From the NCBI GenBank assembly GCA_965153355.1, contig OZ231126.1, forward strand, positions 40,362,001 through 40,426,000: 64,000 nt of DNA, in the 5' to 3' direction. The stretch is from Flaccisagitta enflata (Eukaryota). The notes beneath the pieces were generated by a model. That model saw only the letters and a list, made by a program, of their open reading frames with translations. It was not told the DNA's origin and ran no database searches. Within the stretch, counting starts at the first letter, position 1, and each line of letters starts with the position of its first letter. Positions 13,213 through 25,051 of the stretch are shown here, piece by piece. A program made the translations under genes and the position numbers.

Positions 13213-14275
13213 CCTATGGCCCAAAGGCGTTGGTGTTTACATCGTTGCCAGTGTTGTCGTTTCCTTTGAGGTTGTCGTTTCTTTTTTGAGGTTGTCGCGA
13301 TCACGTTCTTCACTCGTTTTTTTTCACTCGTTTCTTTACGTTTTGTTGATCCCCATTCTTCGTTTATTTCCCTTCCGTTCTTTTCCCCACTTTTTTTTCA
13401 TTCTCTTTTTTTTTTTTTTTTTGCGCTTTTCTCTCTCTTATTTTCGTTTCTGTTTTTTTTCCCCTTTGTTTCTCATTTATTACTTCTTCTCTTCTCAAGG
13501 TGGAAACTCTTCTTCTTCTTCTTTTTCGCTTTTTCCCATTTTCAATTCCATCACACGTTTTTCCATTTTCACTTTCTATTCTCCTTCTTTCTTTATTTTT
13601 CTTTTATTTGTTCATTGTCTTTTCCACATTTTTTTGTTCTCTTTGCCTTTTTACTCCTTTACGTGTTTTCCTCGTTGGCCATTATCTGGGAAAGAGAGAG
13701 AGATGCAATCATGTGAATATTATTTTCCTCCATTTCTCACTTTTCCACTTCCCCTCTTTTTAGTCGCGTGCTACGCGACTCTATACCCCGCTTTGTCCGT
13801 CCGTTGGTCGGTTGGTCAAGTCAGTTGATTAGTTGGTTGGTTGGTTGGTCGGTCACATTTTTACTTTTTTATGTTTTTGTGGTCTTTAGCTTCCTCTGCT
13901 CCTTGCCAAATGCTTTGTGCAACTCAAATACTGCCCCTGCCCACCCGCACGCGACTGAGGTAGCCGTGTATCCGGCCTTGTACCCCTCTTTTTCACCGTT
14001 GTAGACTCTCTCTACATGTCAAAGTGTTCCAGTTGGCATCGAGTCTTACTTAGAAAAGTACCAAAATCTTTAGATCTCCTCGGCGAAATTGTTACTGTTT
14101 TATGTAAGAACTAAGGCCTTGCGGGTCTGGCCGTGAAAAGGCCAAAGCTCGGTTTTGAGGCCAAACCCAAAATTCAGTTTTGACTACAAACCTTACTTTG
14201 TTCTCTGGCTTTTTTTTTTGCCTCTATTTTTTTAATTTATTCTTTTATGCGCGTTTGTGCGTGCGTGTCTGCACA

Positions 14276-14385
<110 letters not shown>

Positions 14386-14670
14386 TCTCTATCTCTGAGA
14401 GAGTCATGAGATAATCGCAACATGAGTCCCACCATGAGTCCCAACATGAGTCTCACCATACTGCACTATCCCTTCCAGTATGAACACATCCACACTCAAA
14501 CTGCACCATTCCTTCCAGTATGAACACATTCGCCCTCATTCATCCATCTTTTTCTCTTGTCTATTTTTCCGTTTCTTTCTCTCTGCGATAATCACAACAT
14601 GATTCCCTCCGCGAAGTTCGAAATGGCCACTCACGGTGAAAAGCCCATCTATTCTCCCTTCCCCCTTTCC

Positions 14671-14729
<59 letters not shown>

Positions 14730-15813
14730 TTTTAAAAGGCAGAAACGCCATATCAGTCACAAACGTGATGCTTTGGTGCCGATTACCTTTTAGAGATTCT
14801 TTTTTGTGGTTATTGAAACGTAGCTTTTGTATGGTGATGAGATGGTGCCCTGGAGAATTAAAGGCATTAGTCAAAAAAGAATATTTGCCAAGTTTGTTAT
14901 TCAGTAAACAAGGCCAACACCTTGCAGTCGCGTGCGGTTGTCAAGACCATAAGACCAAAAGACTAAAAGACTAAAAGACTAAGAGACTAAATGTAAATTG
15001 AATCAAATTAACGCTAAATAACTCAAGATGACTTGAAATGACTTCAAATGGCGTAAAACGGCAAAATAAGCTAAGGGTTACGGACAGACCGACGGGCCGA
15101 CAGACGGACAGAGTGGGCTGTAGAGTCGCTTGCACGCGACTAGAAATGTTTATCAAACATGTACTTAATAAAAAAAAACTTGGCATTTGGTATTTTATCT
15201 TAATGTGGTCAATTTCTTTTGAACTATTACTATAACAGAATTCTACGGCCCGCTAACAAAGGGAGGGGGGTAACTTTAAAAGTAGCCACTGTACACTGTT
15301 CAGTTGAGCGTTGCAATGTTGACTATGTGATGACAAAGATCACGCGGAAGGGTTTTTGTATGTTTTGTAAGAGTGATACTCAAGCAAACTGAGACACTGT
15401 CTTGTTTCATAGCGTTTGTTATGTATTTTTTTTTTCTTGTGACCCTCTGTGTATAGCTCAGAATGGAGTCTTAGGACACTGACTTGTTTCACAGCGTTTG
15501 TTACGTACTTTGTTGTTGTGAGGCGGAGACTGTGTTTAGCTCAGAATGATGTCTGAGAAAAGGCTGGAAAGAAAAAAAAAAAAAAAAGAATGAGATGTGG
15601 CGTTTCCAATAGACCAATATTACCAATAATATTGATATGAAAGGAGGCCAGTCAGACAAACTAAGATTAAGATCAATTTATGTCTATTGCTACAGAAAGA
15701 AAAAGCTCCATCGTGCTTTCTTGATAGCTATAATTTAAACTTTAAACTTTAAACTCATGAGAATGATTAGAAGGACGACATAAAGAAGGAGTTGATGGGA
15801 TTTGCACTTGCCG

Positions 15814-18533
15814 TCACAAATCTTTATCACCGTTGGTGACATCGTCACCCCCTTCTTTCACCTCCTCATCATCGCTCTTCTTGGGGTAAGTCCGTCCATG
15901 GAGAATGGTAGCGTGTTGTTTGTTGCAAATTTGGCATGTTGGTCGATTGGCACATCCCTTTGCCGAGTGCCCGACGTTGAGACAGTGAAAACAGAGTCGA
16001 CGGGATGCCAATTTTTGGACTCTATCGTCGACATCAAGTACGAGGAGCTGATGGCACTCCTCCGTCGCGTGATTGTCATTGCAGACGTTGCAGCATTCCG
16101 TCAACGATGCTCGAGTTTTGTTGCCGCACGCTGCCGCTACTACCACTGCTGCAGATTCTCTTTCCACTCCTTTGCTGCGTTGGATGATTGCCCATGTCTC
16201 AATCATATCGACGAGATGGTCAAAGGAGAAGGAGATGCCCTTGACGAACGATTCATGGTGTTTTCCCAGAACTTGTCCGCCAGGTGAGGAACTCTATTAT
16301 TGATAATTTGCTGCAAGAGTTCATTTCTGTAGCAATGGTACAATTCTCCACATGTATGCGCGATCTTCTTTGCCTTTAACAGCACTGATGCGAGATGGAA
16401 ATGTCCGTCATGGTCAGCAGATTGAATCCTCGGCTTTGCGACGATTTTGTTGAAGAGATCCGGGATGTTGCTGCGATTTGCCACAAAGAGTAGGTCCATC
16501 TTCTTGAAGGCAACATTCAACTCCTCCTCGGCGCTCTCTTCCGTTGCTCCAATCATCGCCGTTTCAACGATTTCTTTGGCCGGACCAGAAAACCATTTAG
16601 GTAATTCTGAGAGAATGTCCATCCGCGTCAGTCCATCGTGTTTTGCAGAGTCTTTGAACTTTCGTTTCCACATCATATAATCAGTAGATGAAAGATTTTG
16701 CAGAGGCTTATTTGGTCTATCTCTCTCCATTGTTCTCAGACCAACCTCCCTCGCTCGCATGAGGTTATCGTAAGACGCTCTTTTTAAAAAAGCTTCGATG
16801 GCGTCGCTCTGAGGCTGCAGATTCACCACTTCCGGTTGACGAGCAGTTTGGCGAGCCAGATGATTCGTCTGTTGGCGTCTTCTCAAATCTTGGATTTCCA
16901 TATAAACTGCTCGCAATTCCGAGTCCTTCTGTCGAATCTGCAGCTGCTGCGCCGCATTCTCTTCCATCAATTGGGCAGCATTTTGCTGTAGATGATGCAG
17001 TTGACGATCAGCTTCAGGGTGCGCCGTCCCTAGGGTTGCAGATGGCGCGAGCTGTGGATGCGTCCGCCGCTCATTCGCCTCGTCCGCTACCCCTTGGTCG
17101 TCTTCTCTTCCAGCTGTCTTCTCTGCTTCGTCATTTGCTGTTATCATTGATGCATCAGACTCTGCATCGCTGTCTTTAGGCTGTGGCTGTTGCCCAACAT
17201 CCACATTGATGTATCCACTATTGAGGGGTTCGTAATTTGCTGTAAGAGGATGAGCAGTTATCACAGGAGCAATCACGGAATTTTGTTGCTGCAGATGTTG
17301 CTGATGGAGCCGCTGCTGATGTTGAATGCGTGTCCTTTCTTGTTCTTGCTGTTGCTGTTGCTCTTCAGCCTCTTGCTGTTGCAATTGAATCCGCTGTTGT
17401 TGACGTGACTGCTCTTGCAATTGACGTTGTTGAAGCAGCTGCTCCTGCTGTTGGTGTAGCTGCTCCTGCCGTAGCCTTTGTTGCTCGGCAGCCTGTTGCT
17501 GTTGAGATATTTGCTCTTGCTGCTGTTTTTTATACGCTGCAGCTTGCTGTTGTCGCTGTAGTTGCTCCTGCTGCTGTTGCTGTTGCAACAGCTCCGACTG
17601 CTGCGACTGCCCGTGTTGGAGTTGTGGCTGTCTTCGCACCGGCTGCATATGCTGCGATTGCTGCTCTCGGCGTTGCTCTTGGCACTGCTCCGGCTGCCAC
17701 CGTTGCTGCTGCTGCTCCTGCTCCAGACGCCACTCCTCACGTTGCTGTCGCTGCAGATTCATTGCCATCTCTTCCTCCTGCATACCCTCTTCTTCCTCTC
17801 TTCCTCCACCGCCTTTCTCTGCCTCCTCTCTCGTCGCCGCACCATTCATGACGCTGCTTTTGACGGTTTTGGCGAGTGTCTCGGCGTCGACGAGATTGTC
17901 CAATGTATCATCATGGATGTTTACGCGCGAGCTATAGTCCGAATGAATCTGTGACATCCACTGATCGATAGAGTCTCTTAATATAATGGGCGAATTTGGA
18001 GGCGATTGTCCATTTGGCAATTGAGGAGAAAGGACGCATTTTTGATTGACGCAATTTTGTCTTGTTGGGGTACAAAAATGAGGATGTTGGTTATTCCCAC
18101 TATGTCTTCCGTGCGCGTGGACGCGATGTCAGAGAGATGGAAAACCCTCTTGATAATTCTCGAGGTCGAAGAAACGCATTGCGTACCATTGGCGTCGGAG
18201 GCGCCGCAGACTCGACGCCGCGAAACGAAGAGGGTCGCCTGGCAGTTTGTCCGTTGCCATTTGGCAAGCAAAAATGATGTAGTCATTCACCATATCACGA
18301 AAGCAGTGTCTAGCTGCGTCGGATTCCACCGTCGCATCTTCCCACTCGTTGGTGTCCACTACAGTCACTGCAACGGCGTTAAACAGTTGTTGACATCGCC
18401 CCATTTCACGTTTTAATTCGTCCTTCATACCACACAATGTATCTGTCCTCGGACATTGATTCAAACCGAAGAAGGACGCACGAGAGGACGTTGATGCGTT
18501 CGATTGATTATCGTCGCCATTAGTCGCCGCCAT
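15814..18533 (-). pseudogene. gag: BEL/Pao-type LTR-retrotransposon gag (Gln-rich linker, C-terminal triple zinc knuckle); one in-frame TGA (18129-18131), one frameshift (~16260); no pol follows
   Basis: CNVCNDNHATEEC...RVQKLASRRLCFHCLNVGHSAKGC...CQICNKQHATILH matches the BEL/Pao Gag knuckle arrangement. ORFs 18129-18533 and 16203-18020 are in the same frame. A shift at TGGGAAAAC gives ..GISFSFDHLVDMIETW, joining ORF 15814-16206. Confidence 0.85.
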
Positions 18534-18611
18534 GTCGACGAAATCGCCGCCGGGGGGTCGGGAAAAGTCGTAAGGGATGAGTCGATTTAAAATTGTTGAA
18601 ATATAATCTAC

Positions 18612-19140
18612 GTAAGTTTTATAGACGCGTCTTTGCTTTTAGTAACGTTGTTTTTATCTTGTTCTCCGGTCTGTTATTCTTGTTTTTTGCATTGTTGCAT
18701 TTTTATCTCCGGATTTTAGTATGGTTTTTAACGTTTGTCCGATCAGCTAACTATGGGGATGATATGGATGAATTTAATGGGACGGGCCGGGGCAGGGGCA
18801 GGTATTATCAGGTGGCATGGGCTCTGAAGAAGATGAACATGTTGTCATGTGCTGTTTCTGTCCTTTATTGTGTCCTGTCTCGATTTCATGTTATCTTTTG
18901 CGTTTGCTGATCATCATTAACGCCCACTTTCCCTTTTATTTTATCCCCTCTCTCAGTTGTTGAAATTTTTATGGAATAAACGAGACGGTCACCTTCCTAT
19001 TTTCCAAAAAAAAAAAAAAAAAAAAAAAAGGAAGCTAAAATTCTTTTATTTGCTTAATTAAAATAAACTTATGAACGGACAAATAACGTTAGTTTGACAT
19101 CGACAGACTGTGGGTGAAACCAACGAAAGTGGGCCTAAAA
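18612..19140 (+). other. Inverted cDNA-like insertion: intron (18612-18956), terminal exon with AATAAA, A24 tail (19006-19029), 33-bp unknown segment and 78-bp exon (19063-19140)
   Basis: 18612-19007 is the reverse complement of 19263-19658, and 19063-19140 of 19659-19736. Flanked by the direct repeat TAAAATTGTTGAAATATAATCTACG (18588-18612 and 19136-19160). Confidence 0.85.
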
Positions 19141-19141
19141 T

Positions 19142-19312
19142 TGTTGAAATATAATCTACGCCCACGATTGTTGAAATATAATCTACGCCCACGAGTTTCA
19201 ACTGGCACTGTCCATGGGCAACTAGCTGACTGACGACTTGTGGTGAAAGAAAGGTGGCCGAATTGGAAAATAGGAAGGTGACCGTCTCGTTTATTCCATA
19301 AAAATTTCAACA
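19142..19312 (-). mobile_element. Candidate short 5' LTR of the BEL/Pao element
   Basis: Minus strand reads TGTTGAAAT...ATTTCAACA (9-bp terminal inverted repeat, TG..CA) and contains AATAAA and a 27-bp tandem duplication. It would end 60 bp upstream of the gag ATG if the insertion is removed. No canonical TGG PBS and no 3' LTR seen. Confidence 0.45.
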
Positions 19313-19738
19313 ACTGAGAGAGGGGATAAAATAAAAGGGAAAGTGGGCGTTAATGATGATCAGCAAACGCAAAAGATAACATGAAATCGAGACAGGACAC
19401 AATAAAGGACAGAAACAGCACATGACAACATGTTCATCTTCTTCAGAGCCCATGCCACCTGATAATACCTGCCCCTGCCCCGGCCCGTCCCATTAAATTC
19501 ATCCATATCATCCCCATAGTTAGCTGATCGGACAAACGTTAAAAACCATACTAAAATCCGGAGATAAAAACGCAAAAATGCAAAAAACAAGAATAACAGA
19601 CCGGAGAACAAGATAAAAACAACGTTACTAAAAGCAAAGACGCGTCTATAAAACTTACTTTTAGGCCCACTTTCGTTGGTTTCACCCACAGTCTGTCGAT
19701 GTCAAACTAACGTTATTTGTCCGTTCATAAGTTTATCT
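19263..19738 (-). other. Exon (19736-19659), GT-AG intron (19658-19314) and terminal exon with poly(A) signal of an apparently non-coding or UTR transcript
   Basis: TTTTTATTGCAG acceptor, GTAAGT donor, pyrimidine tract + CTCTCAG acceptor, AATAAA. The neighbouring inverted copy is polyadenylated 25 nt after this AATAAA. Confidence 0.65.
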
Positions 19739-20090
19739 GCAATAAAAAGATGAGAGATTATTGAAATTAGTAAATTCCAAGGGCACATTCAATCAATCAC
19801 GAAAAATCAATCAATCACTTTAGGAAGCAATGCCGTAAATAAATAAAAACAATCAATCCAAAATTGGATGATACGAAGACGAGTTACGTATGTTTGTTTA
19901 CGTAATAAAAACAAATGGCATAAAATACAAGGCGCAACCATATGGTTACCACTAACCATTATGAAAAAAATGGCGAGAGAGCAAAAAAGACACCGACATT
20001 GAATAATAAGAAAGAGAAAAGAAGCCAAAAAGCACGCAAAAGAAACAAAAGCACACACACTTAACAGACGGACGAACATACATTTCTAAC

Positions 20091-23000
20091 ACCTTCAATC
20101 TAAAGTTTGGAGGGGGTACTGCCAGATTGAAGGGGGTTCTGCTGGGATAGTTCCCCAACTTTGTATTCAAGTTTTTATAGCTCTCTTCTTATGTTGATAA
20201 GAGGTACTGCCAGATTGAAGGGGGTACTGCTGGGATAGTTCCTCAACATATTAACCAGCTTTATATGCCTCAACTCTTACATTAGAAGGGGGTACTGCCA
20301 GATTGAAGGGGGTACTGCTAGGATAGTTCCCCAAATTTGTAATTAGGTTTTTATACCTTCAAGCAAATGTTTTAAGGGGGTACTGCCAGATTGAAGGGGG
20401 TACTGCTGGGATAGTTCCCCAACATATTAATCAGCTTTATGTGCCTAAACTCTTACATTTGAAGGGGGTACTGCCAGATTGAAGAGGGTACTGCTGGGAT
20501 AGTTCCCCAACTTTGTAATCAGGTTTTTATAGCTCCACTCTTATGTTGATAAGGGGTACTGCCAGATTGAAGGGGGTACTGCTGGGATAGTTCCCCAGCT
20601 TTTTAATCAGTTTTTCAAGACTTCAATCTCGTGTTTGAAGGGGGTACTGCCAGATTGAAGGGGGTACTGCTGAGATAGTTCCCCAACTTTTTAATCAGTT
20701 TTTCAAGCCTTCAATCTAAGTTTGGATGGGGTACTGCCAGATTGAAGGGGGTACTGCTGGGATAGTTTCCCAACTTTTTAATCAGTTTCTCAAGACTTCA
20801 ATCTAAAGTTTGGAGGGGGTACTGCCAGATTGAAGGGGGTACTGCTGAGATAGTTCCCCAACTTTTTAATCAGTTTTTCCAGCCTTCAGTCTAAGTTTGG
20901 ATGGGGTACTGCCAGATTGAAGGGGGTACTGCTGGGATAGTTTCCCAACTTTTTAATCAGTTTTTAATCAGTTCAATCTAAAGTTTGGAGGGGGTACTGC
21001 CAGATTGAAGGGGGTACTGCTGGGATAGTTCCCCAACTTTGTATTCAGGATTTTATAGCTCCACTCTTATGTTGATAAGGGGTACTGCCAGATTGAAGGG
21101 GGTACTGCTGGGATAGTTCCCCAACTTTTTATTCAGTTTTTCAAGCCTTCAATCTAAAGTTTGGAGGGGGTACTGCCAGATTGAAGGGGGTACTGCTGGG
21201 ATAGTTCCCCAACTTTGTATTCAGGTTTTTATAGCTCTCTTCTTATATTGATAAGGGGTACTGCCAGATTGAAGGGGGTACTGCTGGGATAGTTCCCCAA
21301 CATATTAACCAGCTTTATATGCCTTAACTCTTACAGTAGAAGGGGGTACTGCCAGATTGAAGGGGGTACTGCTAGGATAGTTCCCCAAATTTGTAATTAG
21401 GTTTTTGTACCTTCAAGCAAAAGTTTTTAGGGGTACTGCCAGATTGAAGGGGGTACTGCTGAGATAGTTCCCGAACTTTTTAATCAGTTTTTCAAGACTT
21501 CAATCTCGTGTTTGAAGGGGGTACTGCTAGATTGAAGGGGGTACTGCTGGGATAGTTCCCCAGCTTTTTAATCAGTTTTTCAAGCCTTCAATCTCGTGTT
21601 TGAAGGGGGTACTGCCAGATTGAAGGGGGTACTGCTGGGATAGTTCCCCAACTTTGTATTCAGGTTTTTATAGCTCCACTCTTATGTTGACAAGGGGTAC
21701 TGCCAGAGTGAAGGGGGTACTGCTGGGATAGTTCCCCAGCTCTTTAATCAGTTTTTCAATACTTCAATCTCATGTTTGAAGGGGGTACTGCCAGATTGAA
21801 GGGGGTACTGCTGGGATAGTTCCCCAACTTTTTATTCAGTTTTTCAAGCCTTCAATCTAAAGTTTGGAGGGGGTACTGCCAGATTGAAGAGAATTTACTG
21901 CTGGGATAGTTCCCCAACTTTGTATTCAAGTTTTTATAGCTCTCTTCTTATATTGATAAAGAAGATGCCTGCCAGATTGAAGGAAATTTACTGCTGGGAT
22001 ATTTCTAACATATTAACCAACTATATGCCTCAACTCTTAAATTAGAAGGAGGTACTGCCAATTACCATGTTCTACCTTTTCATTTGAAGAGGATAGTTCC
22101 CCAAATTTGTAATCAGGTTTTATACCTTCAAGCAAATGTTTTAAGGGTACCAGATTGAAGGGGTACTGCTAGGATAGTTTCCCAAAATATTAATCAGCTT
22201 TATGTGCCTAAACTCTTACATTTGAAGGGGGTACTGCCAGATTGAAGGGGGTACTGCTGGGATAGTTCCCCAACTTTGTATTCAGGTTTTTATAGCTCCA
22301 CTCTTATGTTGATAAGGGGTACTGCCAGATTGAAGGGGGTACTGCTGGGATAGTTCCCCAGCTTTTTAATCAGTTTTTCAAGACTTCAATCTCGTGTTTG
22401 AAGGGGGTACTGCCAGATTGAAGGGGGTACTGCTGGGATAGTTCCCCAACTTTTTAATCAGTTTTTCAAGCCTTCAATCTAAAGTTTGGAGGGGGTACTG
22501 CCAGATTGAAGGGGGTACTGCTGGGATAGTTCCCCAACTTTGTATTCAGGTTTTTATAGCTCCATTCTTATGTTGATAAGGGGTACTGCCAGATTCAAGG
22601 GGGTACTGCTGGGATAGTTCCCCAGCTTTGTAATCAGTTTTTTCAGATATCAATCTCCTGTTTGAAGGGGGTACTGCCAGATTGAAGGGGGTACTGCTGG
22701 GATAGTTCCCTAACTTTTTATTCAGTTTTTCAAGCTTTCAATCTCGTTTTTGAATGGGGTACTGCCAGATTGAGGGGGGTACTGCTGGGATAGTTCCCCA
22801 ACTTTGCATTCGGGTTTTTTTAGCTCCACTCTTATAATTTTAAGGGGTACTGCCAGATTGAAGGGGGTACTGCTGGAATAGTTCCCCAACTTTTTAATCA
22901 GTATTTTAAGCCTTCAATCTAAAGTTTGGAGAGGGTACTGCCAGATTGAAGGGGGTACTGCTGGGATAGTTCCCCAGCTTTTTAATCAGTTTTTCAAGCC

Positions 23001-25051
23001 TTCAATCTTGTGTTTGAAGGGGGTACTGCCAGATTGAAGGGGGTACTGCTGAGATAGTTCCCCAACTTTTTCATCAGTTTTTAAAGCTTTCAATCTAAGT
23101 TTAGATGGGGTACTGCCATTTTGAAGGGGGTACTGCTGGGATAGTTCCCCAACTTTTTAATCAGTTTTTCAAGCCTTCAATCTAAGTTTAGATTGGGTAC
23201 TGCCATATTGAAGGGGGTACTGCTGGGATAGTTTCCCAACTTTTTAATCAGTTTTTCAAGCCTTCAATCTAAAGTTTGGAGGGGGTACTGCCAGATTGAA
23301 GGGGGTACTGCTGGGATAGTTCCCCAACTTTGTATTCAGGTTTTTATAGCTCCACTTTTATGTTGATAAGGGGTACTGCTAGATTGAAGGGGGTACTGCT
23401 GGGATAGTTCCCCAGCTTTTTAATCAGTTTTTCAAGCCTTCAATCTCGTGTTTGAAGGGGGTACTGCCAGATTGAAGGGGGTACTGCTGGGATAGTTCCC
23501 CAACTTTGTATTCAGGTTTTTATAGCTCCACTCTTATGTTGACAAGGGGTACTGCCAGAGTGAAGGGGGTACTGCTGGGATAGTTCCCCAGCTCTTTAAT
23601 CAGTTTTTCAATACTTCAATCTCATGTTTGAAGGGGGTACTGCCAGATTGAAGGGGGTACTGCTGGGATAGTTCCCCAACTTTTTATTCAGTTTTTCAAG
23701 CCTTCAATCTAAAGTTTGGAGGGGGTACTGCCAGATTGAAGGGGGTACTGCTGGGATAGTTCCCCAACTTTGTATTCAAGTTTTTATAGCTCTCTTCTTA
23801 TATTGATAAGGGGTACTGCCAGATTGAAGGGGGTACTGCTGGGATATTTCCCCAACATATTAACCAGCTTTATATGCCTCAACTCTTACATTAGAAGGGG
23901 GTACTGCCAGATTGAAGGGGGTACTGCTGGGATAATTCCCCAACATATTAATCAGCTTTATGTGCCTAAACTCTTTCATTTGAAGGGGGTACTGCCAGAT
24001 TGAAGGGGGTACTGCTGGGATAGTTCCCCAACTTTGTATTCAGGATTTTTTAGTTCCACTCTTATGTTTATATGGGGTACTGCCAGATTCCAGGGGTTAC
24101 TGCTGGGATAGTTCCCCAGCTTTTTAATCAGTTTTTCAAGACTTCAATCTTGTGTTTGAAGGGGGTACTGCCAGATTGAAGGGGGTACTGCTGAGATAGT
24201 TCCCCAACTTTTTAATCAGTTTTTCAAGCCTTCAATCTAAAGTTTGGAGGGGGTACTGCCAGATTGAAGGGGGTACTGCTGGGATAGTTCCCCAACTTTG
24301 TATTCAGGTTTTTATAGCTCCACTCTTATGTTGATAAGGGGTACTGCCAGATTGAAGGGGGTACTGCTGGGATAGTTCCCCAGCTTTTTAATCAGTTTTT
24401 CAAGCCTTCAATCTCGTGTTTGAAGGGGGTACTGCCAGATTGAAGGGGGTACTGCTGAGATAGTTCCCCAACTTTTTAATCAGTTTTTCAAGCCTTCAAT
24501 CTAAGTTTGGATGGGGTACTGCCAGATTGAAGGGGGTACTGCTGGGATAGTTCCCCAACTTTGTATTCAGGTTTTCAAAGCTCCACTCTTATGTTGTTAA
24601 AGGGTACTGCCAGATTGAAGGGGGTACTGCTGGGATAGTTCCCTACTTATTTGAACACTTTGAAACCTCTCTTTTTATTGATGCACTTAATGAACATTAT
24701 CATTTTGTACAATGACTGTTTTTGGTTGTTCATGCAATATGAGGAGGGTACTGCCAGATTTACAAGGGTACTGCTGGTTTGATTCCCCATGTATTCTAAA
24801 GGGGTACTGCCAAACAGACTAGGTACTGCTGGGATCGTTCCCTAATATATAAAAGGGTACTGCCAAGTTGAAGAGGTACTGCCAGGATAGTTCCCCATTA
24901 TAACATGGGGTACTGCCAGATTTAAGGGGGTACTGCCAGGATCATTCCCCAAAGAGAAGACTGGGGTACTGCTGCGGGTACTGCCAAGATATATCCCCAC
25001 TTTTTCCCATTTTTTTTACAAGGGGGTACTGGAGGCCAGGGGTACTGCCAA
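20091..25051. repeat. 88-bp satellite array (about 50 units) with conserved 47-bp core and ~41-bp variant segment; higher-order organisation, degenerate right end
   Basis: Core GGGGTACTGCCAGATTGAAGGGGGTACTGCTGGGATAGTTCCCCAAC at ~20113, 20201, 20289 and onward. Five to seven recurring, mutually alignable variant segments. Confidence 0.97.

Noticed and set aside
14557-14640. FPFLSLCDNHN as the FPAVTxCN exon of the channel gene
   Set aside because: There is no acceptor or preceding TM1, and it is part of a local short repeat (GATAATC.CAACATGA).
16255-16270. Programmed -1 frameshift in gag at GGGAAAAC
   Set aside because: It is not phased as X XXY YYZ in the upstream frame. A 1-bp deletion or homopolymer error is simpler.
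19225-19260. Hammerhead ribozyme (CTGACGA...GAAA), which would suggest a Penelope-like element
   Set aside because: I could not build convincing stems I-III, and no RT or GIY-YIG coding sequence is nearby.
18593-19689. Twin 105/109-aa hydrophobic ORFs
   Set aside because: They are the two arms of the inverted repeat, lie in T-rich intron sequence and start at non-ATG codons.
21888-22160. Aberrant satellite units (a similar indel-rich patch at ~36290-36570)
   Set aside because: Clustered homopolymer shortening looks like low-quality consensus rather than biology.
20091-25051. CRISPR array
   Set aside because: The 'spacers' are recurring, mutually homologous variants. The context is eukaryotic, with no cas genes.
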